The notes: generated by a model not told the origin, from the sequence alone. A stretch of 64,000 nucleotides of DNA from Calditrichia bacterium (GCA_963777955.1 CAVZSQ010000022.1:352001-416000), one strand, 5' to 3'. Positions 1 to 10,993 are shown, counted from the first letter of the stretch. Program-made: numbers and translations.

Positions 1-401
1 CGGCGCACACCCATACTTTTTAACACATTGGCAAATTTCGAGACTTCCCGGTTCAGAGCATGATAGGAATAGGTACGCAGATCACCCGGTTCCCCCTCCC
101 AGATCAAAGCCAATTTATTCCTGCGCCAGGTTTTTAAATGCCGGTCGACGGCATTGTGCAGGATATTTATTTTCCCACCGCTGAACCATTTATAAAATGG
201 CTGATCGCTGCTATCAAGTACCCTGTCCCATTTTTTATACCAGCCTAAATGCTCCGCCTGATCGGCCCAGAATTGTTCCCGGTTGCGGATAGAATATTTG
301 TATAAATCTTCATATTCTTTGACCGTGGCCATTTCCCGAACCGAATCAACCGGATGGTAAAATTCACTTTTCTGGTTCAGATTATTTTTTAAATCTGACA
401 T
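1..401 (-). CDS. acs: acetyl-CoA synthetase, N-terminal part (runs off the window)
   Basis: Hand translation from ATG at 401 (AGGAGG RBS upstream): MSDLKNN...FWADQAEHLGWYKKWDRVLD...FYKWFSGGKINILHNAVDRH...LALIWEGEPG...LNREVSKFANVLKSMGV, a typical ACS N-terminus. Confidence 0.9.
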   Translation of the reverse strand, partial: MSDLKNNLNQKSEFYHPVDSVREMATVKEYEDLYKYSIRNREQFWADQAEHLGWYKKWDRVLDSSDQPFYKWFSGGKINILHNAVDRHLKTWRRNKLALIWEGEPGDLRTYSYHALNREVSKFANVLKSMGVR

Positions 402-667
402 TTTAAACCTCCTTGCTTGTTATTATAATATTTGCTAAAGTAAAAGTCATACACCCAGAGTTTACCTGCTCATCTACATGAATTGAAACAAGACCCTGGC
501 AGGCGGACGAACAGGAAAAATACCAGCATGCTGACGGATGTAGGGATATAATTAGGATTTAATGTCTGCGGGAACATTTTATTCCTGGCTTGATCAATTA
601 AATGGAGGATTATCTGCAGCCGGAATTAAATGATGTGAACTAATATTAACAGACCGAGGAACCCAGT

Positions 668-1312
668 ATGGCCATCTTATTTAAAGCAACCAGGCAATTA
701 GAATCCCAGATTGATGAATATCTGGATGCGGTAAGTCAGGGGGGCTTGATTTTTATTGAAGCCGTAAAAAATTTTCTGGATAAAAAAGCGGATGATTTTA
801 AAGACAGGCATAAACTGATTACCGACTATGAACACAAAGCGGATCAATTACGCCGCAGCATTGAAAACCAGTTATATACCCAGACACTGATACCAGAACA
901 CCGCGGGGATGTATGGGGACTATTAGAGCATACCGACGATGTGCTGGATACCATGAAAGAAACCATCGATCAACTTGATATCGAAAATCCGCAAATCCCT
1001 GCCGGGTTAAATCAACAATTTATCGAATTGACTGTACAGTCAGTACAGGCTGCTGAAGAACTGGTTAAATCTGCCCGTGCTTTCTTCAAGGACGTTAACG
1101 CAGTAAAAGACCACCTGCATAAAGTGTATTTTTATGAAAAGGAAGCGGACCGTATCGGTAGTAATCTTAAACGCCAGGCCTTTCAGATGGATCTGGATCT
1201 GAGCCGGAAATTTCACTTGCGCTACTTTGTGCAAAATATACAGAACGTATCTGATCAGGCTGAGGGGGTAGCCGATCGCCTGATGATTTACACCATTAAA
1301 CGCACCATCTGA
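668..1312 (+). CDS. DUF47/PhoU-like phosphate transport regulator
   Basis: Two helical repeats with EHKADQLRR / EKEADRI motifs; directly upstream of a PiT gene. Confidence 0.9.
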   Translation: MAILFKATRQLESQIDEYLDAVSQGGLIFIEAVKNFLDKKADDFKDRHKLITDYEHKADQLRRSIENQLYTQTLIPEHRGDVWGLLEHTDDVLDTMKETIDQLDIENPQIPAGLNQQFIELTVQSVQAAEELVKSARAFFKDVNAVKDHLHKVYFYEKEADRIGSNLKRQAFQMDLDLSRKFHLRYFVQNIQNVSDQAEGVADRLMIYTIKRTI

Positions 1313-1381
1313 TCAATATTCTATGATCATGACTTTTCCGTGACTGTAAAATAATTTAAGCGATGCCCGGGAGATAGAATT

Positions 1382-2875
1382 ATGTTGCTGATCTTTTTGT
1401 CCAGCGGATTATTCATGGGCTGGTCACTGGGAGCCAATGATGCGGCTAATATTTTCGGTACGGCCGTCGGCACCAGGATGATCCGTTTCCGGACTGCGGC
1501 TTTAATTTGCGGATTATTCGTAATCATCGGTGCAGTATTCAGCGGTGCCGGTGCGGCTCATACTCTGGGGGAACTGGGTTCGGTGAATGCCATCGCCGGC
1601 TCATTTATGGTGACCCTGTCTGCGGCAGTCACGGTTTTCTGGATGACCAAATTGGGTCTGCCGGTTTCTACTTCACAGGCCGTGGTGGGAGCAATTATCG
1701 GCTGGAATTTATTCAGCGGTTCAGCCACAGATTACAGTTCCCTGACTAAAATTATTTCGACCTGGATTCTATGTCCGCTGCTGGCGGCGGGTTTTGCCAT
1801 CATCCTGTATTTGATCCTGCGTGGCGGATTGAAAAAATTAAAGATTCATTTATTACGTCTGGATGTATACACCAGGGTGGGTTTGATCATAGTGGGCGCT
1901 TTTGGTGCTTATAGTTTAGGCGCCAATAATATTGCCAATGTTATGGGGGTGTTTGTACCGGTTGCTCCTTTTAACGATCTGGAGTTGTTCGGAATTATAA
2001 AATTTTCCAGTACTGAACAATTATTCTTTCTGGGTGCGGTAGCCATCGCGGTAGGTGCCTATACTTATTCCCGCAAAGTTATGGAAACGGTTGGCGGTAG
2101 TTTATTGAAACTGTCACCGGAAACGGCTCTGGTAGTGGTGCTGGCCGAGTCGCTGGTTCTGTTCCTGTTCTCCTCGGAAGGACTGGAAAGTTTCCTGATC
2201 AATCAGGGATTGCCGTCGATTCCACTGGTACCGGTATCCAGCTCACAGGCAGTAGTGGGTGCGGTGATCGGTATCGGTATCAGCAAGGGTGTAAAGGGAA
2301 TCAAGTACCGTGTAATGGGCGAAATTGTTGCCGGTTGGATCGCCACTCCGATCATTGCGGCTCTATTATCATTTATCTGTCTTTATTTTTTGCAGAATGT
2401 ATTCGATCAGGAGGTCAGCCGTAAAAATGTTTTTCAAATTAACGATCGGGTGATCGAACAACTGCAAAAGCAGAATATCTCCGACCCGGGGTTGCTTGAA
2501 TTGAAGGACAAAGAATTTACCAACTCCACACATTTTCAGACTCAGTTAAGACAGAAGACAAAATTGGATTCTGACCAACGGCGCAAAATATTTGCAGTTT
2601 CTAAACATGAATATTACGATATCTCTGTGGCCATCATTAACGAAAAAATTGATCGCACCTGGTTTTCCCGGGCGCAACTGCTTTCACTGGATTCGCTCAG
2701 CGGGAAAAATTTTGATTACAGCTGGCAGTTATGGAATGAACTGGAGAAACTTTCCAGCGAGTGGAAATTTAAACCGGATCTGGCCGAAAACAGGTTATAT
2801 AATAAAAATCTCCGGGTCAAACGGGAATTTGTGTCCAGAATTTTCCGGATCGAAAATCCTGTTCTGGAAGAGTAG
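1382..2875 (+). CDS. inorganic phosphate transporter (PiT/PHO4) with a C-terminal soluble extension
   Basis: GANDAAN and GANNIAN signatures, PVSTSQ / PVSSSQ motifs, many TM segments. Confidence 0.93.
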   Translation: MLLIFLSSGLFMGWSLGANDAANIFGTAVGTRMIRFRTAALICGLFVIIGAVFSGAGAAHTLGELGSVNAIAGSFMVTLSAAVTVFWMTKLGLPVSTSQAVVGAIIGWNLFSGSATDYSSLTKIISTWILCPLLAAGFAIILYLILRGGLKKLKIHLLRLDVYTRVGLIIVGAFGAYSLGANNIANVMGVFVPVAPFNDLELFGIIKFSSTEQLFFLGAVAIAVGAYTYSRKVMETVGGSLLKLSPETALVVVLAESLVLFLFSSEGLESFLINQGLPSIPLVPVSSSQAVVGAVIGIGISKGVKGIKYRVMGEIVAGWIATPIIAALLSFICLYFLQNVFDQEVSRKNVFQINDRVIEQLQKQNISDPGLLELKDKEFTNSTHFQTQLRQKTKLDSDQRRKIFAVSKHEYYDISVAIINEKIDRTWFSRAQLLSLDSLSGKNFDYSWQLWNELEKLSSEWKFKPDLAENRLYNKNLRVKREFVSRIFRIENPVLEE

Positions 2876-3011
2876 TCGTTCTAAAAAAGATCGTAACGAA
2901 AATTCCTCCGTTACGGGAAATAGATCAGGACATTCGTCCCATTTCAGCCGGGGAGGATGGATATCCTTTTTTATTACTCGTGCGGCATAAATATACCGCA
3001 CGATCGAGGTG

Positions 3012-5276
3012 TCAATTTAATGTTATTTTTTTAATACGTAAACTGTTGGTAACTACGGTCACGCTGCTGAAAGCCATGGCCAGGGCGGCCAGGATGGGAT
3101 GCAATGTGCGTAGAAAAGAAGGCAAAAAAGACAGGGAATAAAATACACCGGCGGCTACGGGGATCAGGATCAGATTATAGAAAAAAGCCCAGAACAGATT
3201 TTGCCTGATTATGCGCATGGTTGCTTTACTCAACTCCAGAGCCTGCCGGACGCCTGTTAGACTGCTATTCATCAAAGTTATCTCTGCCGTCTCCATGGCA
3301 ATATCGGTACCCCGGCCCATGGCCATACCGACATCAGCACGGGCCAGTGCCGGGGCATCATTGATCCCGTCACCGACCATAGCCACCAGACCCTTGCTCT
3401 GGTTTCTTATCTGGTCAACCAGATCGGCTTTTTCAGCAGGTAATACTCCGGCATATATGTTACTAATCCCCGTTTTATGAGCAATCGATTCGGCGGTAAT
3501 CCGGTTATCGCCGGTCACCAGGCTGAGTTGATAATTTTCCTTGACGAGTTGCGAGATAGCCGGGATCGCATCTTCCTGCAATGGATCAGTTAAGGCAATT
3601 AGACCGCCCAGTTGACGGTCCACAGCTATCCAGACCACCGTTTTCGCTTCATGCTCCATTTGTACCGCTGCAGCAATCAAATTTTCGGTGGCAATACCCT
3701 GCTGGAGTAAAAATGATTCTTTACCGATTACAATTCTATGATTTTCGATCTCAGCAGTAATTCCAAATCCCGAATAAGATTCAAAAGAATCGGGATTGCT
3801 CAATTTGATATTCTGCAACTCTGTGACCCGAACAATCGCTTCGGCCAGTGGATGCTGTGAACCTTTTTCCGCCGAGGCTGCCCAGTACAATAACTGCTTT
3901 TCATCGAACCCGGTTTTATCCGCGACCAGTACCTCAGTGACGACTGGTTTACCCATGGTGATTGTACCGGTTTTATCCAAAACAATGTGCGATACTTTTT
4001 CGGCCAGATCCAGTGCTTCACTATTCTTAAATAATATACCCAGCTGGGCACCACGGCCGCTAGCTACCACAATTGCAGTCGGTGTTGCCAGACCAAGGGC
4101 ACAGGGACAGGCGATAACCAGAACAGCTACCAGACGTAGAATTGCCGTGGTGAAATCTCCGCTGAGTATCCACCAGAACAGAAAAACCATGACAGCGATC
4201 AGGATAACGATCGGAACAAAGATGGCCGATACCTTATCGGCTAATTTCTGGATCGGCGCCTTACTGGCCTGGGACTGTTCCACCAGTTTTATGATCTGGG
4301 CCAGTATGGTCTCGCTGCCGAGTTTAGTGGTCCTCATTTTAAGCAGACCATTTTTATTGATCGTGGCGCCAAAGACCTGGTCACCGCTTTTTTTCTCCAC
4401 CGGCATGCTTTCACCGGTCAGCATGCTTTCATCAACAGCTGCCGAACCTTCAACTATGATACCGTCAACCGGAATTTTTTCACCGGGACGGATAATAACC
4501 ATATCGCCGGCCGTCAATTCCCGCAGCGGAACATCGACCTCCTGTCCGGCACGTAATACCCGGGCAGTTTTAGGCTGTAAATGCATCAGTTTTTTGATCG
4601 CCTGGCTGGTTTTACCCTTAGCCTGTGCTTCAAGCAATTTACCCAATTTTATCAGGGTGATGATTAGCGCCGCTGTTTCGAAATAAACATGATGTCCAAA
4701 ATCATGAACCTGTAAGGAAATGGCCATTGTTACAATCAAACTGTAGATATAGGCCACCGAGGATCCCATGGCTACCAGCACATCCATGTTGGCGGAACGA
4801 TTTCTCAATGATTTATATGCACCGCGGTAATAATCGCTGCCCACATAGAATTGCACCGGAGTGGCCAGCAGGAACATGAACCATAAAGACCAGGTCTGAT
4901 CTGCCCAGGCACCCAGAATTTGAAAGTCTCTCAACATGCTGAAAATAAAAAGCGGCAGGGCAAAAAATACACCGGTCCGGAATTTTCTGGTTTGAATATG
5001 CAGTTCCCGGTCTCTGGCTTGTTGTTCTATATCCGCGGACTCATCTTCCGCGCCGCGTGTATCGATAACGTCATACCCGGCCTGACGGATAGCGGTAACT
5101 ATTTGCGGGTAGTCAACCTGGTCGGGAATATAAGTAATAGTTGCTTTTTCCGTGGCCAGATTTACTGCAGCCCGGACAATGCCTGCAGTCTTTTTAGTTA
5201 AAACCCGTTCAATAGTGCTGGCACAATTAGCACAGGTCATTCCACTGATGGGCAGGGTAATCTCTTTTTCAGCCAT
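3012..5276 (-). CDS. copA: Cu(I)-translocating P1B-type ATPase
   Basis: GMTCANC HMA domain, [24 protein letters not shown] and MAFSS motifs. Confidence 0.96.
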   Translation of the reverse strand: MAEKEITLPISGMTCANCASTIERVLTKKTAGIVRAAVNLATEKATITYIPDQVDYPQIVTAIRQAGYDVIDTRGAEDESADIEQQARDRELHIQTRKFRTGVFFALPLFIFSMLRDFQILGAWADQTWSLWFMFLLATPVQFYVGSDYYRGAYKSLRNRSANMDVLVAMGSSVAYIYSLIVTMAISLQVHDFGHHVYFETAALIITLIKLGKLLEAQAKGKTSQAIKKLMHLQPKTARVLRAGQEVDVPLRELTAGDMVIIRPGEKIPVDGIIVEGSAAVDESMLTGESMPVEKKSGDQVFGATINKNGLLKMRTTKLGSETILAQIIKLVEQSQASKAPIQKLADKVSAIFVPIVILIAVMVFLFWWILSGDFTTAILRLVAVLVIACPCALGLATPTAIVVASGRGAQLGILFKNSEALDLAEKVSHIVLDKTGTITMGKPVVTEVLVADKTGFDEKQLLYWAASAEKGSQHPLAEAIVRVTELQNIKLSNPDSFESYSGFGITAEIENHRIVIGKESFLLQQGIATENLIAAAVQMEHEAKTVVWIAVDRQLGGLIALTDPLQEDAIPAISQLVKENYQLSLVTGDNRITAESIAHKTGISNIYAGVLPAEKADLVDQIRNQSKGLVAMVGDGINDAPALARADVGMAMGRGTDIAMETAEITLMNSSLTGVRQALELSKATMRIIRQNLFWAFFYNLILIPVAAGVFYSLSFLPSFLRTLHPILAALAMAFSSVTVVTNSLRIKKITLN

Positions 5277-5289
5277 AGGAGCAGGATAA

Positions 5290-5496
5290 TTATTCCCGGG
5301 GTGGATAATTGATTCCTTTCAGCAGGGCAACAATGTTCGGCCAGTTTTTTTCATTGTCCCACTCGATTTCGACTTCCTTGCTGCTAAGGTTGGCGCGTAC
5401 TGAGGCAATATACGGTAATCTTGAAAGTTCGGATTCAATGGTATGAACACAATGTACACAATTTATATTAGGAACTTTGACAGTCCTTTTTTCCAT
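5290..5496 (-). CDS. copZ: copper chaperone (HMA domain)
   Basis: 68 aa, CVHC motif, immediately upstream of copA. Confidence 0.85.
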   Translation of the reverse strand: MEKRTVKVPNINCVHCVHTIESELSRLPYIASVRANLSSKEVEIEWDNEKNWPNIVALLKGINYPPRE

Positions 5497-5538
5497 AACA
5501 TCCTCATGGTTATATTCTTTCTGCTAAAAAGAACCAAA

Positions 5539-6564
5539 TTACTCTTCAATTTGTTCCCTGATATATTGCAGAATAGTGGGTAACGCAGGAACAGCAAACC
5601 AGCGGCGTTGGGTGATCTCATTGCAGGTGGACTGATACAGATGGCCGATCAATTCGAACAGCCGTTTGGGTAATTTGGGTGGCTGAGACGCGACATGTGT
5701 TTTCCAGTTGACGCGGTCTTTGGTTTTTGCCGCTTCCAGATCTTTGAACCATGGAGTTTTCCGGTAATAAATACGGGCAACTTCTTTGCTTACCGGAATA
5801 CCGTCCGAAGTAAAACGGCATTCGTCGGGAGTGCCCAGCACATCGACCAGCATCAGGTTGCGATTCGTATCGAAAGCAAATTCAACCTTGCCGTCTTCAT
5901 TAAATAATCCCACTGCTTTGGTTTGTTTGCTGATCAGGTCATTGATCAGACGTGTGGTGGTCTGAAGTTTTTCAAGTTCTGCTTCACTCATACCTGAAAT
6001 TTGCGCGGCTTCAGCCCAGGAAAGATAACGATCGGTGGCCTCCAGTTTGGTTGAACAATCAAGCACGGGAGAAGATAGGACGGTATTGGGTTCAGGCATC
6101 TGCTGCAAACCAAGATCGGCCAGCGACAGGCTGCCGTTTTGCAGTCGTTTGAATACACTTGATCCGGCCGGCAGAGAGTTGCGGTAGATTACTTCCAGTG
6201 GAATCAAACAATTAGCCGGTTTAGAACGGTATAGCGAATAATCGTAGGTGGTTTTATCCGTTTTTGGTTTTAAGATCCGGACCAGTGAAACTTGCATCAC
6301 ACCGGAAGGTTGCTTCAATTGGGCCAGATGTTTGACCGTTCCGTCTTCGACCAATCCCTGATAGTGAGTGGTGATACCCATTTTCTCAAGTTTCTCAAAA
6401 AAGAAGGCTCCTAAAATGCATAAGGACTTTCCTTTGTCTTTGATCAGGTCGGGCATTTCACCCCAATCAAAAACCGAATAACGGTCTGAGAAATAAAATT
6501 GACCGATACCGCTCTCTTTTTCATCGACCGGCTTTATGATTTTTAAATCTTTTACACTACCCAT
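5539..6564 (-). CDS. purC: phosphoribosylaminoimidazole-succinocarboxamide synthase
   Basis: MGSVKD, FSDRYSVFDWG, IPLEVIYRN, DGKVEF, DVLGTPDECRF motifs. Confidence 0.93.
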   Translation of the reverse strand: MGSVKDLKIIKPVDEKESGIGQFYFSDRYSVFDWGEMPDLIKDKGKSLCILGAFFFEKLEKMGITTHYQGLVEDGTVKHLAQLKQPSGVMQVSLVRILKPKTDKTTYDYSLYRSKPANCLIPLEVIYRNSLPAGSSVFKRLQNGSLSLADLGLQQMPEPNTVLSSPVLDCSTKLEATDRYLSWAEAAQISGMSEAELEKLQTTTRLINDLISKQTKAVGLFNEDGKVEFAFDTNRNLMLVDVLGTPDECRFTSDGIPVSKEVARIYYRKTPWFKDLEAAKTKDRVNWKTHVASQPPKLPKRLFELIGHLYQSTCNEITQRRWFAVPALPTILQYIREQIEE

Positions 6565-6771
6565 ACGTTTGCCCTCTTAAAATTATTTTATACGCCGTTT
6601 ATAATCCTTATTACTAAAATTTAGTGAATTCTGTGGTAATCAGGAAGATAAAAATTACTAGAGAATATTTAGGAGAATACGGAATTTCTGGTACACGGAT
6701 AATGTTATTATTATTTTCTGAAACTTGTGCTCATATTTCACGTATGGAAAAGTTAAAGACAGGAGAACAGG

Positions 6772-6933
6772 ATGAAGACACTGATTATTGGTTTACTGAT
6801 AGCGGTTTATGTGATACCGTTTGTTTACATGTTTGTTGCTGACCTGGCTGATATTTACAAGCGACTGGTCGAAGTATTTTCACTTAAATTAAAACCGGCC
6901 ATGGTAGTATTAGTACGTTCATTTATCGATTAA
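6772..6933 (+). CDS. small single-pass membrane protein (53 aa), not in the ORF track
   Basis: AGGAGA RBS at 6761; MKTLIIGLLIAVYVIPFVYMFVADLADIYKRLVEVFSLKLKPAMVVLVRSFID*; followed by a terminator. Confidence 0.65.
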   Translation: MKTLIIGLLIAVYVIPFVYMFVADLADIYKRLVEVFSLKLKPAMVVLVRSFID

Positions 6934-6966
6934 ACAATCATTACATATCCTCCATACAATCCTCGT

Positions 6967-6998
6967 AAGCCCTTTAAATATTTTTTAAAGGGCTTTTT
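6967..6998 (+). terminator. intrinsic terminator
   Basis: aagccctttaaa...tttaaagggctt followed by T-run, between convergent genes. Confidence 0.7.
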
Positions 6999-7023
6999 AA
7001 TTTAATCCCCGGTTTATTCAGGT

Positions 7024-8202
7024 TTAAAATGCAGAAACCAAGCCCAGGGAAAAGACCGGTTTTTCAGTAGTCAGGTTATAAGTGAACTCGCCGAGCAAGC
7101 GGACATTCCGGGCAGTCATATGACTTATACTCAGGGTTGCTGTTTCGTAATCTATATTATCATCATCGCTTTCGATCCGGTTATATAACAGAGTGTAAAG
7201 AAAACGCGATCGGTCGGCCTGGGGCATAAAAGTGAATTCGGCAAAACCACCCTGGGTTTTCACCTTGGAGCCTTTCGCTGCCAGAAAAGCGGGATTATCA
7301 TCCTCACGGTATAAGTACTGCGTATTTAATTCCCAGGTGTCGGTGCCGATAGTGAAATCGGGACCATAAATAAGAACCTGATTCCTGGTCACCAGGCTAT
7401 CACCGTCTGTTTCTTTGGCGGTTTCGGCAAATACACCGGCCCGGATTAAACCCAGGTCCTGGCTGGCACGAACCACCAGGTTTTTATTATTATCAAAATC
7501 AAATATTTTATTTTCATCGGCAGGTTTTATGCCGTTACCGTTGACAATTTCGGCGAAAAGGTCCAGTCCGAAATCAAAACCATAGGCTAACATTACACCG
7601 CGGTCATAGGTTAATTTGGTTTCGGATAAACCCGGGGTGGCTTTGTAGATATGATAGTCCTCCAGGGTCAGGCGCAGTTCGCGTTTAAACAACGGATCAC
7701 AAACCTGAAACTGGCCAACCATGACATCCAAGTCCGATCCGGCGATATCATTGAAATGCAAATACGCATCCTCCAGTCCGGCAATCTCGCCCTGCTCGTA
7801 CAGATAAAAATAAAAATAATAGGATATACTTTTGGTAATTGGCCCACCGCTTAAGAGTTTAATTCCGAACGGTGATTCGAAATCCACCTTGCCATTTTCC
7901 CGGTCGGCCACCTGGGCATAGGCATCGAAACGGACCGCCAGCGGCAGATCCCGCGGCAGTTGTAAGGTCTCATCGCCGGTCTCCAGGTAGTACCGTTGCG
8001 GTTCCTGACCTTCCGGAATTTTAAAACCATTCATGGCGAACTGGTCGCCATATTCTTTCAGTTTGGGTACGGCCACGTGACAGGTACTGCAGGAAAATTT
8101 GTATTTGCGGGCAAAAGCGGGAATAGCGATGGCCTGCCGGACCGGCAATGCTAACAGTACTATGCTGATCAGAATTGTATAAGAAATATTTTTACGCCAC
8201 AT
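7024..8202 (-). CDS. Cyc2-like fused monoheme cytochrome c / outer-membrane porin
   Basis: Signal peptide, then IPAFARKYKFSCSTCHVAVPKL (PxFAR..CXXCH..PxL); amphipathic beta strands; C-terminal Phe. Confidence 0.8.
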   Translation of the reverse strand: MWRKNISYTILISIVLLALPVRQAIAIPAFARKYKFSCSTCHVAVPKLKEYGDQFAMNGFKIPEGQEPQRYYLETGDETLQLPRDLPLAVRFDAYAQVADRENGKVDFESPFGIKLLSGGPITKSISYYFYFYLYEQGEIAGLEDAYLHFNDIAGSDLDVMVGQFQVCDPLFKRELRLTLEDYHIYKATPGLSETKLTYDRGVMLAYGFDFGLDLFAEIVNGNGIKPADENKIFDFDNNKNLVVRASQDLGLIRAGVFAETAKETDGDSLVTRNQVLIYGPDFTIGTDTWELNTQYLYREDDNPAFLAAKGSKVKTQGGFAEFTFMPQADRSRFLYTLLYNRIESDDDNIDYETATLSISHMTARNVRLLGEFTYNLTTEKPVFSLGLVSAF

Positions 8203-8230
8203 ATCTGATTACCTCCCCATTATCTCTGAT

Positions 8231-9596
8231 TTAGTCGACTATGGTGAAATAGGTTTCGCTTTTATTGATCAATTGGCTTTCCATTTCTTCTGCCGGGACA
8301 CCCAGAAATTCACCAACCGATTTGACCAGTTTACGATAATTAATTTCGGCCACACAACGTACTTTTCCCAGAGCAATATCATCCGGAACCTGCCAGGTAA
8401 AAGTTTCAATTTTGGTTTCCCGCGGACCTACCCGGTAATCGACCCCCTGTGATTTGGTATTCCACTGGGCGATGGTCAGGCGTCCCTGCGGATCAAAATA
8501 GGGCAAGCGGAAAACCCGGTCGCCTTCATAGGGCAGAGCATCGCGGGCTACACCGTTGAAATCAGGCAAATCCATCATCATGCCCATATCCTGGTAAGCC
8601 GGTTCATTGCTGGAAATTGTATATTCTTCCCCGGCGAATCCTTTTTTATCAACCGGCAAATGGTAACTTTTTCCCTGAGCATCGTAAGCCGTAACGGTTA
8701 ACCATAATTGTCTCTCTTCTGCCGAACCGGATGGTACCTTGTGTCCGGCTTTATGATTAAATACCTGGGCAGTCAGAATTATCTTTTCGCCGGGTTCAAT
8801 TTCACGCGTATCGGGCTGGATTAATACCTCAATAGTTCCCCGTAATTTTGCTTCCGAGTGAGCACCATGAAATAGGTGCTGAGTGACATCGGGATAGGTC
8901 CTGGACAATTTTGAATTCTTGGCTTCGGCTTTGGGCATATGGCAATCATGACAGCGCACCCCTTCTTTGGCATAAGGTCCGGCTTTCCATTCCAGCTGGG
9001 TTGACTTAACCCATATCCCGTAGGGGCTTTTCTCATTATGGCAATTGCCGCAGAATTCAGTGGTGCTGATAAAATCGCTTTTATTAGTAACGTGGTGCGG
9101 CGATTCCACCCCTTCGCGATTGCCGTTTTTGGTTCTGCCCGGCTGGATAGTGAAACTAAAATTATAAGGGGTATCCCCTTTCAGGCCGGTGATAGTATGG
9201 CACACATCGCAGGAGACACTTTCATTTGCCCGGGATTGCTGCTCCGGTAAAGGCGGGGGAACATCTCCGGCGATGAAAGCAATGGGAGTATGGCAGCCAT
9301 TGCAGCCCGCCTTTACTCCAGCCACCAGCGGATCTTTCCCGGCATGCGGGACAGCCAATTTGAAATATTCGATTTCGTCCCAGTGGTGGGTGTACGATTG
9401 CGACATCATCGCCTGCTGCCACTGCATGTAGAAATCGACGTGGCAGGAACCGCATACCTGCGGTTTTTCAAACTGGTCATACGAACCGGTTCCAAGCAGC
9501 TCATCACCTGCCGGCTGCGCCTGGCCGAATCCGATCATCAGCAGGAAGATTAAACAAAGCAGGGTGAAGGAAATTAGTAATTTTACGTTTGATCAT
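8231..9596 (-). CDS. exported multiheme c-type cytochrome (5 CXXCH, c554-like N-terminus); frameshift in the signal-peptide region
   Basis: CGSCH, CNGCH, CDVCH, CGNCH, CHDCH. Removing one A near 9582 joins ATG 9596 (GGGG RBS) to give MIKRKLLISFTLLCLIFLLMIGFGQA, a signal peptide. Confidence 0.88.
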
Positions 9597-9805
9597 AAAA
9601 CCCCCCTGGTTGATAAGTTAATAGCCTACAATCATTCAAAAACAGTTTATGACAAAAAAATACCGACTGTTTTACAGATGTAGTGTATGTGACAAATTTA
9701 ACTATTTTATAGAATACAGGAAATTATTATTCTAAGGCAGGTTTTGCGGGTATTCTATAATTTAAATTTTCATTCCTTTATGTTTCTAATCCCGGTCTCA
9801 GCTGA

Positions 9806-10993
9806 TTAAAAATACCAGTTTAATAAAACAGCCATATTGCCTGATTTGTAATTATACCAGTAACTATTCGAATTATTATATAACCATTGATATAGCAATT
9901 CAATGTTCAATATCATTTCTCCAACCATAAAATTTTTCTGTAAACTGATACTTAGATATTTATTATTGTCAACCCTGAATACACTGTCACTATAAGCCAA
10001 CTCAGAAGTATAAATACCCTGGGTGGTATAATTTTTGTCCCCGAAATCGTAACCAATTTTCAGCATAGACTGGAAGGGCAGAAGTTGGGTGAACTCCGAA
10101 TGCACGGATTGCAATTCATAACCGAGGGGATCGTCAAAAATTGCAGATTCATCGTTGTAATCATATATAACGCCGGTAATGGAACGGTTATATCCGCTGA
10201 GTGAAATCCAGCGCAGATATTGAACGGCTACCCCGGTTTTAGAAAACACCGATTGGGCCAGGCGAATCCAGAGTTGCGTTTGGGCCGAATAGGGTGTTTC
10301 TTCGCTGGTATAAATTTGATATGATCCACTTGATCCGCCGGTCCCACCGCCGAATCCGCCGCCATATCCTCCGTCCTTAATGGATAAAACAGGATAGAGT
10401 GATAATTGCGGAGTTTCGGTAGTGACCGAATAAGGATAATATTTATAAGAAATTCCCACTCCGCTGATTATGGTAGTACGAGTTGGTAAACTTTTGCGTA
10501 TCTGAAAATCTGCGTGGGCAAAGTAGTTATTTATATCCTTTAATTGCGGATAGTAATTGTAGATAAAACTACCCGACCCGGATAATGTAAATAATCTGAA
10601 TTTGAATTGATAATCAACTGAAACGCCTGCTGCTGTCTGGTTATATAAGTCATAATCTGTCCCGTTGAAACTTTCATCCAGGGAAAGACTCCAGTTTACC
10701 TTTTCACTTGTCCCAAAAACGGAAAACTGATGCCAGTAAAAATTACGTTCCATCAATCTGTCAAATCTGGTAAAACTACCTTCATAACTCAGTGATACTT
10801 TGCTGAAATCGTACTGCAAACCCAGATCGAATGTAGAAATCCAGTTGGCTTCCGGTTCAATCAGCCGGAAGGGATTAGCATCATAAGCATGGCTGATTCC
10901 GCTCTGGACCTGAATCTGGGCTATAATAGAATAATGAGGTAGATTGACAATCGTGAAGAATAAAATCATCTTAAGCACTAAATGGTTTTTCAT
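9806..10993 (-). CDS. putative outer-membrane beta-barrel protein
   Basis: Signal peptide, Tyr/Phe-rich alternating strands, Gly-rich loop GGYGGGFGGGTGGSSG, C-terminal LNWYF. Confidence 0.7.
   Translation of the reverse strand: MKNHLVLKMILFFTIVNLPHYSIIAQIQVQSGISHAYDANPFRLIEPEANWISTFDLGLQYDFSKVSLSYEGSFTRFDRLMERNFYWHQFSVFGTSEKVNWSLSLDESFNGTDYDLYNQTAAGVSVDYQFKFRLFTLSGSGSFIYNYYPQLKDINNYFAHADFQIRKSLPTRTTIISGVGISYKYYPYSVTTETPQLSLYPVLSIKDGGYGGGFGGGTGGSSGSYQIYTSEETPYSAQTQLWIRLAQSVFSKTGVAVQYLRWISLSGYNRSITGVIYDYNDESAIFDDPLGYELQSVHSEFTQLLPFQSMLKIGYDFGDKNYTTQGIYTSELAYSDSVFRVDNNKYLSISLQKNFMVGEMILNIELLYQWLYNNSNSYWYNYKSGNMAVLLNWYF

Noticed and set aside
3211..4686. Long plus-strand ORFs antisense to copA (and similar shadows over sucA, lhr, the Mo subunit and GH13)
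   Set aside because: They are antisense shadows of well-supported genes, with no motifs or RBS
6624..6842. 72-aa ORF in the ORF track
   Set aside because: No RBS; it overlaps the better-supported ORF at 6772-6933 in another frame
9688..9705. Rex-like box (atgtgacaaatttaacta) upstream of the multiheme cytochrome
   Set aside because: Only a partial match in AT-rich DNA; not distinguishable from chance
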